Source: Candidatus Babeliales bacterium
Lineage (GTDB): Bacteria; Babelota; Babeliae; Babelales; RVW-14
Length of the DNA stretch: 64,000 bases
NCBI GenBank assembly: GCA_041671765.1
Contig: JBAZAX010000002.1
Location: forward strand, 3,609-67,608
Direction: 5' to 3'
This document shows positions 1-8,673 of this stretch, in pieces. Under the pieces are notes generated by a model, which saw nothing but the letters and a program-made list of their open reading frames with translations, ran no database searches and was not told where the DNA came from. The translations under genes and the position numbers were made by a program. The first letter of the stretch is position 1; every line of letters begins with the position of its first letter.

Positions 1-2
1 CC

Positions 3-518
3 GCTTTTAACGTGTTTGCAAACAATGGAGTTTATGTAAAACCTTATCTTATCGAGTGGGTTAAAAATGAACGTGGGGAAAAAATTTGGGAAAATGAACC
101 TGAAAGCCATAAAGTGCTTGATTCCAAAATTAATTCAGTCATGATTTCAGCACTCAGCCAACGCATGATTTTGAACAAAAATTTTTTAGGCAAGAGCAAC
201 TGGTTTGAAGCAGATTCGATTGGTAAAAGCGGCACAACAAATGGCGCCATGTCTACTTGGTTTGTTGGCGCAACTCCTGAACTAACAACTGCCGTTTACA
301 TTGGTCGAGATGATAATAAACCAATGGGAGAGTCCGTTTTTGCAAGCAGAACAGCTTTTCCAATCTGGCTTGAAATAAATAAAAGAATCAAGTGCGATAA
401 AAAACATTTCCGGCTCGATCCGACCCTGGAAGAAACCAATATCAACTGGAGAACAGGTGAATATTCAGTTGAACGCCCATATGTTGATCCTGATATTATA
501 AAAATTTTGAAGCATTAG
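3..518 (+). CDS. Class A penicillin-binding protein, C-terminal (transpeptidase) part; 5' end outside window
   Basis: Frame is open from the window edge to TAG 516-518. 'IGKSGTTNG' (KT/SG box of penicillin-binding transpeptidases) is followed by 'WFVGATPELTTAVYIGRDD', the usual PBP1A-type arrangement. Confidence 0.8.
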   Translation, partial: AFNVFANNGVYVKPYLIEWVKNERGEKIWENEPESHKVLDSKINSVMISALSQRMILNKNFLGKSNWFEADSIGKSGTTNGAMSTWFVGATPELTTAVYIGRDDNKPMGESVFASRTAFPIWLEINKRIKCDKKHFRLDPTLEETNINWRTGEYSVERPYVDPDIIKILKH

Positions 519-531
519 AACGATGAAGCAA

Positions 532-612
532 CTAATCCATGGATCCCAGCCTTCGCTTTGAAATAGCTTCGGCGGGCAGGCCTGGAACAAGTTCAGGATG
601 ACAGATCTCTAA
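532..612. repeat. GC-rich dispersed repeat copy (modules D-end + C + D-core)
   Basis: 'CTAATCCATGGATCC', 'CAGCCTTCGCTTTGAAATAGCTTCGGCGGGCAGGCC' and 'TGGAACAAGTTCAGGATGACAG'. Supplies the mvk C-terminal tail and stop codon. Confidence 0.8.
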
Positions 613-1680
613 TCGAAAGCTACTTTTGGCATCCACATCACTTTTAGTAGCATCAATCTGCGTTTTTATAACAAAATATCCACGATCGTCAAAAAACGCA
701 GCAATTTTTGACTGCAAGTCAATTTCAGGAGTAAGCGCAAAAACCAATCCCCCTCGACCGGTTCCGGTAAGTTTTGCACCCAACGCACCAAGTGCGAGAG
801 CTTTATCAACAATTACATCAAGCTCCGGACACGAAACTCCAATCGCTTGTAACAGACTATGATTTTTGTTCATGCACACGCCAAGTTTTTCTAAATTATT
901 ACGCTCAAGTGCATCAATACCTAGATTAAAAATACTTTTATATTTATTAAATATTTCTTTGGTTTTATCCGGTTTTTTTTCAATAAAATCACGCACAGCC
1001 AACACAACTTGTTTTGTATCTGTTTGCTTGCCACTATCGATAATTACAATCCTAATCGGGTTAGAAATTTGAATTTTTGAATAAGAAAAGGCGGGAGTAA
1101 ATAGACCCGCTCGTGCCTGTACGTGTATCGAACCACCGCCCAGCGGGCGACGGGCAGCGTTTTGGGAAAATTTTATTACACCCCCAAAAACTGCCGCTGT
1201 ATTATCAATGCCACTTGGAGTACCATGAACTGCAGATTCTCCAACGAATGCCGCTTGATTTATATTTTCGTCGCTCAAATTAAGTTTAAATTTAGAATTT
1301 ATTGCACGAGCAAAAGATGTTGCCGCTGCAGCACTTGCGCCAATGCCACCACACGTTACAGGTAATGTACCCGTAAACGTTACAGTAAAATTTTTTTCTT
1401 TTATTTCAAAAAAATTCAGAATATTCTCGCACATGCACCTGTATTCAGCTTTTTTGCTGGAAATAAAACCAGGGGATTTCGGCCTGTTGTCAATTAAAAC
1501 TAAATGGTTATAAGAAGTTTTTTGAAAGTTATCTGGAGAGTTATCTTGAATTTCAGCGTAAGTTTTTAAATTAAGCGATGCGACAAGTGCAGGTAACCCA
1601 TGCACAACAAAATGCTCACCCAGCAAAATGATTTTTCCATATCCAAAATTATGCGCTTTTTCCAAATTATCTAACTTCAT
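532..1680 (-). CDS. mvk: Mevalonate kinase (GHMP kinase family)
   Basis: N-terminal 'GKIILLGEHFVVHG' and GHMP ATP loop 'PVTCGGIGASAAAATS'. ATGA 4-nt overlap with the upstream DUF35 gene. The last ~25 codons and an internal ~23-codon patch are encoded by GC-rich repeat copies. Confidence 0.85.
   Translation of the reverse strand: MKLDNLEKAHNFGYGKIILLGEHFVVHGLPALVASLNLKTYAEIQDNSPDNFQKTSYNHLVLIDNRPKSPGFISSKKAEYRCMCENILNFFEIKEKNFTVTFTGTLPVTCGGIGASAAAATSFARAINSKFKLNLSDENINQAAFVGESAVHGTPSGIDNTAAVFGGVIKFSQNAARRPLGGGSIHVQARAGLFTPAFSYSKIQISNPIRIVIIDSGKQTDTKQVVLAVRDFIEKKPDKTKEIFNKYKSIFNLGIDALERNNLEKLGVCMNKNHSLLQAIGVSCPELDVIVDKALALGALGAKLTGTGRGGLVFALTPEIDLQSKIAAFFDDRGYFVIKTQIDATKSDVDAKSSFRLEICHPELVPGLPAEAISKRRLGSMD
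1091..1160. repeat. GC-rich dispersed repeat copy (B-like + E-like), in frame inside mvk
   Basis: 'AGACCCGCTCGTGCCTGTACGTGTATCGAACCACCGCCCAGCGGGCGACGGGCAGCG'. Compare 'GAACCCGCTCGTGGTGAGCTTGTCGAACCAT' at 17847-17877. Confidence 0.6.
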
Positions 1681-2075
1681 AAAGCAGGCACAAACTTCAA
1701 ACCATATTCAATAATACCGTTATTGCCATGCGAATAAAATTTTCTGAATGTCGACTGCACGCGCATTCCAATCTTTAAGTCACAAAGACTAACATCTGCA
1801 AGCGCAACTGTAATTTGTGGACCTTCGTCAAGCTGCACAATGCCAATACAATAAGTAGGCATATGTTTAAACTCCACACAAGAACTGGTAATATTGGTAA
1901 AAGAGATCAATTTACCAAATCCACTAAATTTGAAAGTTTTGAAATCTCTTGATCCACACGAACATAAAAAAGATTTTAAATAATAAGCTTTTTCACAAAC
2001 GATACATTTTGTTCCCTCAAGAGTATATCTCTTGGGGTACTGCCTCCATCCGGGAATTGAACTTGAACTAAACAC
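1677..2075 (-). CDS. DUF35-type zinc-ribbon/OB-fold protein (thiolase/HMG-CoA synthase partner-like)
   Basis: Cys cluster 'KCIVCEKAYYLKSFLCSCGS' followed by an OB-like C-terminal half. It sits directly downstream of thiolase and HMG-CoA synthase, as in archaeal gene sets. Confidence 0.7.
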   Translation of the reverse strand: MFSSSSIPGWRQYPKRYTLEGTKCIVCEKAYYLKSFLCSCGSRDFKTFKFSGFGKLISFTNITSSCVEFKHMPTYCIGIVQLDEGPQITVALADVSLCDLKIGMRVQSTFRKFYSHGNNGIIEYGLKFVPAL

Positions 2076-2084
2076 TACTTCTCC

Positions 2085-3248
2085 TTATTTTCGTTCAAAA
2101 ATATGAACAACAGCCGTGGTTCCAATTCCACCAATATTGTGAGTAAGGCCATATTGAGCATTTTCTACCTGTCGTTGCCCACATCGACCCAAAAGCTGAT
2201 TTACAACTTCAATCACCTGTGAAATTCCACTTGCCCCAACCGGATGTCCTTTTGCTTTAAGCCCACCGGAAGTGTTAACTGGCAACTCACCAGTAATTTG
2301 AGTTTTACCTTGTGCCGTTTCAAACCCAGCGGTACCTTGCTTAAAAAAACCCAGATCTTCAAGCGCTATAATTTCTGCCATACTAAACGCATCGTGAATT
2401 TCTGCAACTCTAATATCGCGTTGCGTAATCCCCGCAATTTCAAAAGCTTTTTTACCGGCTATTTTTGTTGCTTTAAAACTTGTTATCTCTTCTCTGCTTG
2501 CAAGATCAAGTGTATCTGTCGCTTGAGTACTTGCAATTATATTAACACCGGTTTTGCCATATTTTTTTGCAAAATCATAACTCGAAATTATAACTGCAGC
2601 AGCTCCATCGCTAATCGGTGCACAATCAAGTAAACGTAACGGGTCAGCAACAACGGGAGAATTAAAGTAATCGTCTAATGTTATTTTTTTGTTAAATTGA
2701 GCCATTGGATTTAATGCTGCATTATTATGATTTTTGATACTGACGGCAGCCAGTTCTTTACTAGTCAACCCATATTTTTGCATATAAAGACGTGTAACCA
2801 TGGCAAAAAGTCCCGGAAATGTTGCCCCCGCAAAATGCTCTGATTGATAATCTCCGGCCCCCATCAAAGCCGATGTTGCCTGCGAAATTGCAACATCACT
2901 CATTTTTTCAACACCAATCACCATTACAACATTTGCAGCACCCGAAAGTATTGCCTGAACTCCACATATAAGGGCAGAGCTCCCGGAGGCGCAAGCATTT
3001 TCCACTCTAACACTGGGAACATTTATTCCAAGCTGCTGCGCAACAATCGCACCCAAATGCGCCTGTCCGTTGAATTGTTGAGCAAGCATGTTCCCTACAA
3101 AAATCGACTCTATCTGCGCAGGAGCAATTCCTGCGTCATCAAGGGCCATGAATTGTGCTTGCGCAATTAAATCATGCAAACTTTTATCCCACAATTCCGC
3201 AAATTTTGTGCATCCGACGCCAAGCACCGAAATTTTCATCTCATGCAC
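2085..3248 (-). CDS. Thiolase (acetyl-CoA C-acetyltransferase, archaeal/SCP-x-like type)
   Basis: Active-site Cys context 'VENACASGSSAL' and C-terminal 'KGHPVGASG' and 'HNIGGIGT'. 387 aa. Tightly packed between the HMG-CoA synthase and DUF35 genes. Confidence 0.85.
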   Translation of the reverse strand: MHEMKISVLGVGCTKFAELWDKSLHDLIAQAQFMALDDAGIAPAQIESIFVGNMLAQQFNGQAHLGAIVAQQLGINVPSVRVENACASGSSALICGVQAILSGAANVVMVIGVEKMSDVAISQATSALMGAGDYQSEHFAGATFPGLFAMVTRLYMQKYGLTSKELAAVSIKNHNNAALNPMAQFNKKITLDDYFNSPVVADPLRLLDCAPISDGAAAVIISSYDFAKKYGKTGVNIIASTQATDTLDLASREEITSFKATKIAGKKAFEIAGITQRDIRVAEIHDAFSMAEIIALEDLGFFKQGTAGFETAQGKTQITGELPVNTSGGLKAKGHPVGASGISQVIEVVNQLLGRCGQRQVENAQYGLTHNIGGIGTTAVVHIFERK

Positions 3249-3252
3249 ACCT

Positions 3253-4320
3253 TCACTTCATATCCTGATATAATAAATCAATATTTCTTCGATATTCAGA
3301 GTATGTTAAATATTTTTTATAACTTAAATGACTTTTTAAATCATATCCTGGACCCACACCACTATTGATAAGCTTTTTTATATTCTGAGTAGTTTTTAAA
3401 ATAAAAGCATCACAACCACTCCCACTTCCATAACTAACTAACAGTATTTTTTTATCAGGTTGTGCTTGATCAAGAACGGAACACAAACCTAATAAAGAAC
3501 TTGCACTGTAAGTATTTCCAATATCCTGCACGACAAACCCTGGATTGATTTGTTCTGATTTAAAACCTAAACTTTTTGCAACCATTAGCGGAAGTTTGCC
3601 GTTAGGTTGATGAAAAACAACATAATCAAATGCTTCCGGACCACAGGAATGTTTTTCAAAAATTTTTTTCACAATTGTACTGACGTGTTTTAAATATGCC
3701 GGCTCCGCGGTAAAACGTCCTGCATGTTCCGGATATTTTTGCATACTGCGACGCCAAAAATCAGGGGTATCTGATGCAATTGAAATTGTATCCTCAATAT
3801 TTGCAATAATCTTAGAGTCATCTGTGCCAAGAATAAATGCAGCCGCACCGGCACCGGCACTATACTCAAGAATATCGCCAGGAGAGGCTTGAGCTGTATC
3901 AGTTCCTATTGCCATTCCGAATTTTGCAAAACCTGATTTTACCAGACCAAGACAAACGCCTAATGCCGCAGTACCTGCCTTGCATGCAAACTCCATATCT
4001 GCAGCCATGCAAAAACTATCTGCACCAATAGCTGCACCAACAATTGTTGCCGTTGGTTTTACTGCATATGGAGCACTTTCGCTACCAACGTAAATAGCAT
4101 TAATTTCTTTAGAATTTAAACCACACTGTAAAAGAGAATTTTTTGCGGCATTAACTGCAAAAGTTACGGAGTCCTCGTCAATACCGGGAACAGATTTTTC
4201 TTCAATCAAGAGGCTAGATTTAATTTGATGAAAATTTTGTTGCCAAGCCTTGGCTATCTCTTCAGCCTTTATTCGATAGACCGGAATATAAAAACCATAT
4301 CCGACAATTCCAACATTCAT
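3253..4320 (-). CDS. HMG-CoA synthase (short archaeal-like form)
   Basis: 'MNVGIVGYGFYIPVYRIKAEEIA', 'GSESAPYAVKP', 'FACKAGTAAL' and 'VFHQPNGKLP'. I place the start at ATG 4318-4320, because ORF-track codons 4321-4404 are read through a GC-rich repeat copy. Confidence 0.8.
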   Translation of the reverse strand: MNVGIVGYGFYIPVYRIKAEEIAKAWQQNFHQIKSSLLIEEKSVPGIDEDSVTFAVNAAKNSLLQCGLNSKEINAIYVGSESAPYAVKPTATIVGAAIGADSFCMAADMEFACKAGTAALGVCLGLVKSGFAKFGMAIGTDTAQASPGDILEYSAGAGAAAFILGTDDSKIIANIEDTISIASDTPDFWRRSMQKYPEHAGRFTAEPAYLKHVSTIVKKIFEKHSCGPEAFDYVVFHQPNGKLPLMVAKSLGFKSEQINPGFVVQDIGNTYSASSLLGLCSVLDQAQPDKKILLVSYGSGSGCDAFILKTTQNIKKLINSGVGPGYDLKSHLSYKKYLTYSEYRRNIDLLYQDMK

Positions 4321-4338
4321 TATCAACTCTTTTTGTAA

Positions 4339-4457
4339 TCCTGCCTGTCCGCCACGTGTCGGCCATAGCCACCTGGGCGACGGCTGATAGCTCTTCGCGC
4401 TCATGGTGAGCCAGTCGAACCACGGCTGGGAACTTGATTCAGGATCAATGGATTAAC
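4339..4457. repeat. GC-rich dispersed repeat copy (E + B-like + D)
   Basis: 'CCTGCCTGTCCGCCAC..GGGCGACGGC', 'GGTGAGCCAGTCGAACCAC' and 'TTGATTCAGGATCAATGGATTAAC', immediately upstream of the HMG-CoA synthase start. Confidence 0.75.
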
Positions 4458-4511
4458 AAGTTCTTTAGGACACATTTGCGCATACTTGAGAAGTAAGTCT
4501 ACCACCTTTTA

Positions 4512-5807
4512 TCATCTATTCAACACATAAGTCTCAAGTAATTTTTTCAGTGAAATTTTTTTCCAGATATTTAAACGCCCATTACAACACGGCAGTGCTA
4601 TGACAGCTCCATCAACAGAAAGTTCTCCTGAAGAAACTCCGGATTCAGGATCTAATTCTTGAATTTTAATATATTGGCCATGTACAAATTTCCATATTTT
4701 AGTTCTAGTATTTAAGCCCCCTGCCATTACCAAAGATTTATCATAGGAAATTTTAACAAATTCCGCCCAACTATTTGAGCTAAGCTTTTGCAACAGACTA
4801 TAGCTGCAATTAGTTGAGTTGAATTGCAATACATTTAATTCTTCGGATGCAACAACAATAATATTTTTATCTTCTGATAGAGCCGCAGTATGAAGAAATC
4901 TATCTTCACTTGTAATGGTAGCAGCTAGTGCATAATGTGGTATCTCTAGCATCTCACTTAACTCAATACGATGTGCTATATCTCTTAACTCTAAATCAGT
5001 TAATCCGATGCGATCCATTTTCCAGACATAGATACTTGGGGTGTAAATTAACGTGGAACAAAATATAAAAACCTCTTGATCTGCAGAAAATTTTAAATTT
5101 TTTGGATATAACTGATGACCATAAAATTCTCTTACCTGATTATATACATTCCCATCAAAATGCCAAAAATTTATTGTACGATCATCACACCCAATAACTA
5201 TAAGCTTCTGATCCTGCGAAATAGCAACAGATAACACAAATGAGTTACAGGCCAGGCGTTGAAAATAAGTATATTCTGTTCCATTAAATTTCCATATATT
5301 TACTGAATCATCATCCATGGATGACGTTATAATTAAATTTTTATCTGAGGAAATTAAAACAGAATCTATTTTGGCTCTCCCCTTCTTAAAAAAGTGCCCC
5401 CGCAGTGTTTGAAAATATTGGTAGCTCTCACCGTTCAGCCTCCATATTTTCACGCAAGAATCACCGCCACCGGTGACAATAAGTTCATTATCACTTGAAA
5501 TACAAACAGATTCAACATAACGATCTGCTTGTATTGTCTGCGATAACTCATAATATTGTTTGAGGAATAATGATAACACATCAAATAATTTCGCCTCAAT
5601 TTCTTGAATTAAATCGCCTGGTAATCTTGATTGTAATTCTCCAAGCCTAGCAACAGGATCAGATGATTTTAATATATCAGAAACTATTCTATCATATGAC
5701 AAAGCTAAAAGACTTGGGACAGAATTTGAATCCATTGCATCTGCATAATTATTTTTTGAGCAACAAATAATGATAAATAAAAAAAATATTTTTCTAATAT
5801 TCTTCAT
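4512..5807 (-). CDS. WD40-repeat protein with N-terminal signal-like segment (paralog 1)
   Basis: Hydrophobic N-terminus 'IFFLFIIICCS'. Repeated WD-like blades 'VTGGGDSCVKIWRLNG', 'DDSVNIWKFNG', 'DRTINFWHFDG' and 'TKIWKF'. Shares long near-identical strings with the adjacent ORF. Confidence 0.75.
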   Translation of the reverse strand: MKNIRKIFFLFIIICCSKNNYADAMDSNSVPSLLALSYDRIVSDILKSSDPVARLGELQSRLPGDLIQEIEAKLFDVLSLFLKQYYELSQTIQADRYVESVCISSDNELIVTGGGDSCVKIWRLNGESYQYFQTLRGHFFKKGRAKIDSVLISSDKNLIITSSMDDDSVNIWKFNGTEYTYFQRLACNSFVLSVAISQDQKLIVIGCDDRTINFWHFDGNVYNQVREFYGHQLYPKNLKFSADQEVFIFCSTLIYTPSIYVWKMDRIGLTDLELRDIAHRIELSEMLEIPHYALAATITSEDRFLHTAALSEDKNIIVVASEELNVLQFNSTNCSYSLLQKLSSNSWAEFVKISYDKSLVMAGGLNTRTKIWKFVHGQYIKIQELDPESGVSSGELSVDGAVIALPCCNGRLNIWKKISLKKLLETYVLNR

Positions 5808-5852
5808 AAGATTCCAAGCATTATTAATTATTTAAATGATTCTTTTTATCAT

Positions 5853-7181
5853 CTATTCAACAGCAAGAATCTGGCATTTCTTTGCATAAATTTCAAGTAA
5901 TTTTTCAAGTGATATTCTTTTCCAAATATTGATACACCCGTTGTCACCGGTTAAAACAACAACATGCCCATTCACAGAAAGATCTCCCTTAGAAACTCCA
6001 AATTGGCAATCTATTTCTTGAATTTTAACATATTTATCTTGTTGTCTTATAAATTTCCATATCTCAATTTTATCATTTGGCCTACCCGCCATTATTAAAG
6101 ATTTATCATAGGAAACTTTAACAAACTGAGCCCACCCTCCTGTGCTAAGTTGTTGTAATAGGCTACAACTATAATCAGCTCCATTGAGTCTCAATACATT
6201 CAAATCTTCGGATGCAACAACAATAATATCTCTATCTTCGGACAAATCCGCGGCATTGAGATGACTACACCAATTTACAATTGTATTAGCTAATCGATAT
6301 TGCGGAACTCCGATCGGCTCGATCTCGTCCAATTTCAAAATTCGAATACTAGGAGTCCCTCCTAACATAGAACAACATGTAACGGTTCTCTTATCTGAAG
6401 AAAATTTTAGATTTTCCGGATATACATTAGGATCAGAAAAATTTTGCCCCTCATTATATTTATTTCCATCAAAATACCAAAACCGTATTGTATTATCATC
6501 GCATCCAACAATGATAATTTGCTGATCTTGTGAGATAGAGATAGATAATACCAAAGAATTACAGGCTAACTGTTGAAAATATGTGTATTCGGATCCATTA
6601 AATTTCCAAATATTTACTGAATCATCATCAATAGATCCAGTAATAATTAAATTATTGTCTAAAGAAATTAATACGGAATCTACTCGATCCATATTTGGCA
6701 CAGAAAAAAAATCCTGCTCCGAAGAAATTAATGCATAATCTTTTTTTGACATGCCCCTCTTAGCAAAGTGTCCTGGCAGTGTTTGAAAATATTCATATCC
6801 CTTCCCATTAAATCGCCATATTTTTACGGAAGAATCATTCCCTCCTGTTACAATAAGTTGGTTGTCCATTGAAATACAAACGGATGCTATGGCGTTATGA
6901 GATTGAATTGTCTGAAATAAATCATATTGTTGCTTGCAGTCAAACGAAAGTATGTTAAATAATTCATTCTCAACTTCTTGTATTAACTCAACTGGCAAAC
7001 TTGATTGTGCTTTTCTAAACATATCAACAGGATTATGTGATCTTAATATATCAGAAACTATTTTATCACATGCTATCTTTGCAAGGCACGGGGTCAACTT
7101 TGAACTCATGGCACCAGCGTAATAATTTTCTGAACAACAAATAACAAACAATAATAAAAATAAATAACTAAATTTTTTCAT
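5853..7181 (-). CDS. WD40-repeat protein with N-terminal signal-like segment (paralog 2)
   Basis: Same architecture as 4512-5807: 'VTGGNDSSVKIWRFNG', 'DDSVNIWKFNG' and 'DNTIRFWYFDG'. Tandem duplicate with an extra insert after blade 1. Confidence 0.75.
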   Translation of the reverse strand: MKKFSYLFLLLFVICCSENYYAGAMSSKLTPCLAKIACDKIVSDILRSHNPVDMFRKAQSSLPVELIQEVENELFNILSFDCKQQYDLFQTIQSHNAIASVCISMDNQLIVTGGNDSSVKIWRFNGKGYEYFQTLPGHFAKRGMSKKDYALISSEQDFFSVPNMDRVDSVLISLDNNLIITGSIDDDSVNIWKFNGSEYTYFQQLACNSLVLSISISQDQQIIIVGCDDNTIRFWYFDGNKYNEGQNFSDPNVYPENLKFSSDKRTVTCCSMLGGTPSIRILKLDEIEPIGVPQYRLANTIVNWCSHLNAADLSEDRDIIVVASEDLNVLRLNGADYSCSLLQQLSTGGWAQFVKVSYDKSLIMAGRPNDKIEIWKFIRQQDKYVKIQEIDCQFGVSKGDLSVNGHVVVLTGDNGCINIWKRISLEKLLEIYAKKCQILAVE

Positions 7182-7318
7182 AATGCATTGGACCTTATAA
7201 AGATTAAGAACAATTTTGACAATTAAAACTATTTATTGTCCTGCAGAATAACCTAAATGCAAAAAAATGTTAATTTAAATTTAGAGTAATAGTATTGATT
7301 CTAAGAGCTAGCATAAAC

Positions 7319-8575
7319 TTAAATAATTATCGGATTCAAAATCCAATCTTCAAATCGCAAATCCGTTTTTAAAATTCCGTAAACAGCTCTGTCTACTATT
7401 CCATATTCTGTTGCCGTAGTAAATGTAAAAATAGGAATTTTCTGATGAGCCACCACTATTTGACCAGCTGCCCACTCATCTTGACTGACAACCCCATCCC
7501 ATTGAATAGGCGCCCCCTGTTGTAGCTGATCTTTAAATATTGATAAACCACCTGCATGATGTTGATGCCCACGAAAAATTGCCAGAATACCGCTATCTTT
7601 AAACCACTTCACCATATCACATGTGGATAAATATTCTAACCAACTAATTCTTTTTAAATTCATTTCTATAGTAGATCCATTTCCTTGAAAATCCCCCCAC
7701 ACAAAACCATTCACAGCATCAGTACGACCAAAACCAATCTTGTTAAAATCAATATAACTAACCATCTCCGAATTATTTAAAAAATATCGCATATCACAAC
7801 ATGGATCAATAGCCCCATGACAACACTGTATCCAGTTATCTCCGGATTTTAGGTATAAAACAAGCACAAGCCGCTTGTACAACTCATCAAATTTTTTCAA
7901 ATAAATTGCCCCATTATCCACCCCATATTTTGCAACTAACTCAGCAAAAAAACCGACTGGAGTATCACTATTTTGCAACAAATTTTCATGGTTACCTCTC
8001 AAAACAAAAACTTTATCCCAATTTGCCAACTTTAAGCGCAATAGTGTATACCAAACCTCAACACCATACATACCACGATCAACATAGTCACCTGTAAAAA
8101 CAATATACAAATTATTTTTTATAATTTTAAAATCATCAGCTACATATTTTTTTATAATTTTTAATAAAGAATGAGCACTACCATGAATATCCCCAACAAA
8201 AACTATTTCACCCCCAAGAGGGACAATTTGTTTCTGACAATAGGAGAGATTTACATCTGTCGCAAAATTAAACTGCGCACGAAACAGACTCAAATACTCC
8301 TCGATTAATTTACTGATACACGAAAATGGGATAAACAACTGTGGCAGATGACTGAACACTTTTAACTGATCTTCCACGACTAAATCATCCATACGCCTTT
8401 GCTCAGGCATATTATCCATTTGCTGGATAAACCAACTTAACGGTTTCTTGTCAGCAGAAGAATCGCCCAATAAAATTGGAAGCCTGGAGGCAGAATTTAT
8501 CCACGGCAACCATAAAACAATTAATACAAAAAACAACACCCTAAATCTGTAAATTTGCTTGTAATTCATCGACAC
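7319..8575 (-). CDS. PPP-family Ser/Thr-type metallophosphatase with N-terminal signal/anchor
   Basis: Complete PPP motif set 'VGDIHG', 'GDYVDRG' and 'LRGNHE', plus later 'FRGHQHH'. N-terminal hydrophobic stretch 'VLFFVLIVLWLPWINSA'. Confidence 0.8.
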   Translation of the reverse strand: MSMNYKQIYRFRVLFFVLIVLWLPWINSASRLPILLGDSSADKKPLSWFIQQMDNMPEQRRMDDLVVEDQLKVFSHLPQLFIPFSCISKLIEEYLSLFRAQFNFATDVNLSYCQKQIVPLGGEIVFVGDIHGSAHSLLKIIKKYVADDFKIIKNNLYIVFTGDYVDRGMYGVEVWYTLLRLKLANWDKVFVLRGNHENLLQNSDTPVGFFAELVAKYGVDNGAIYLKKFDELYKRLVLVLYLKSGDNWIQCCHGAIDPCCDMRYFLNNSEMVSYIDFNKIGFGRTDAVNGFVWGDFQGNGSTIEMNLKRISWLEYLSTCDMVKWFKDSGILAIFRGHQHHAGGLSIFKDQLQQGAPIQWDGVVSQDEWAAGQIVVAHQKIPIFTFTTATEYGIVDRAVYGILKTDLRFEDWILNPIII

Positions 8576-8673
8576 TCCCCATATTCAAGCATCAGTGCAA
8601 TAAATTAATGCACTAGCTCAAGATTGCCAATATCTAATACAAATTGTCAATGAATTAATAATTACTATATCAA

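Noticed and set aside
2244-2633. Numerous 60-150-aa ORFs antisense to, or nested within, well-supported genes (for example 626-862, 2244-2633, 8999-9394, 32643-33101, 49014-49400, 57466-57912)
   Set aside because: All lie inside longer ORFs that have clear family motifs. They have odd composition (Cys/Phe/Ile-rich or low complexity) and no start signals.
4321-4404. 28-codon N-terminal extension of HMG-CoA synthase
   Set aside because: The extension is encoded by a repeat copy. The conserved enzyme N-terminus begins at the internal Met (4320).
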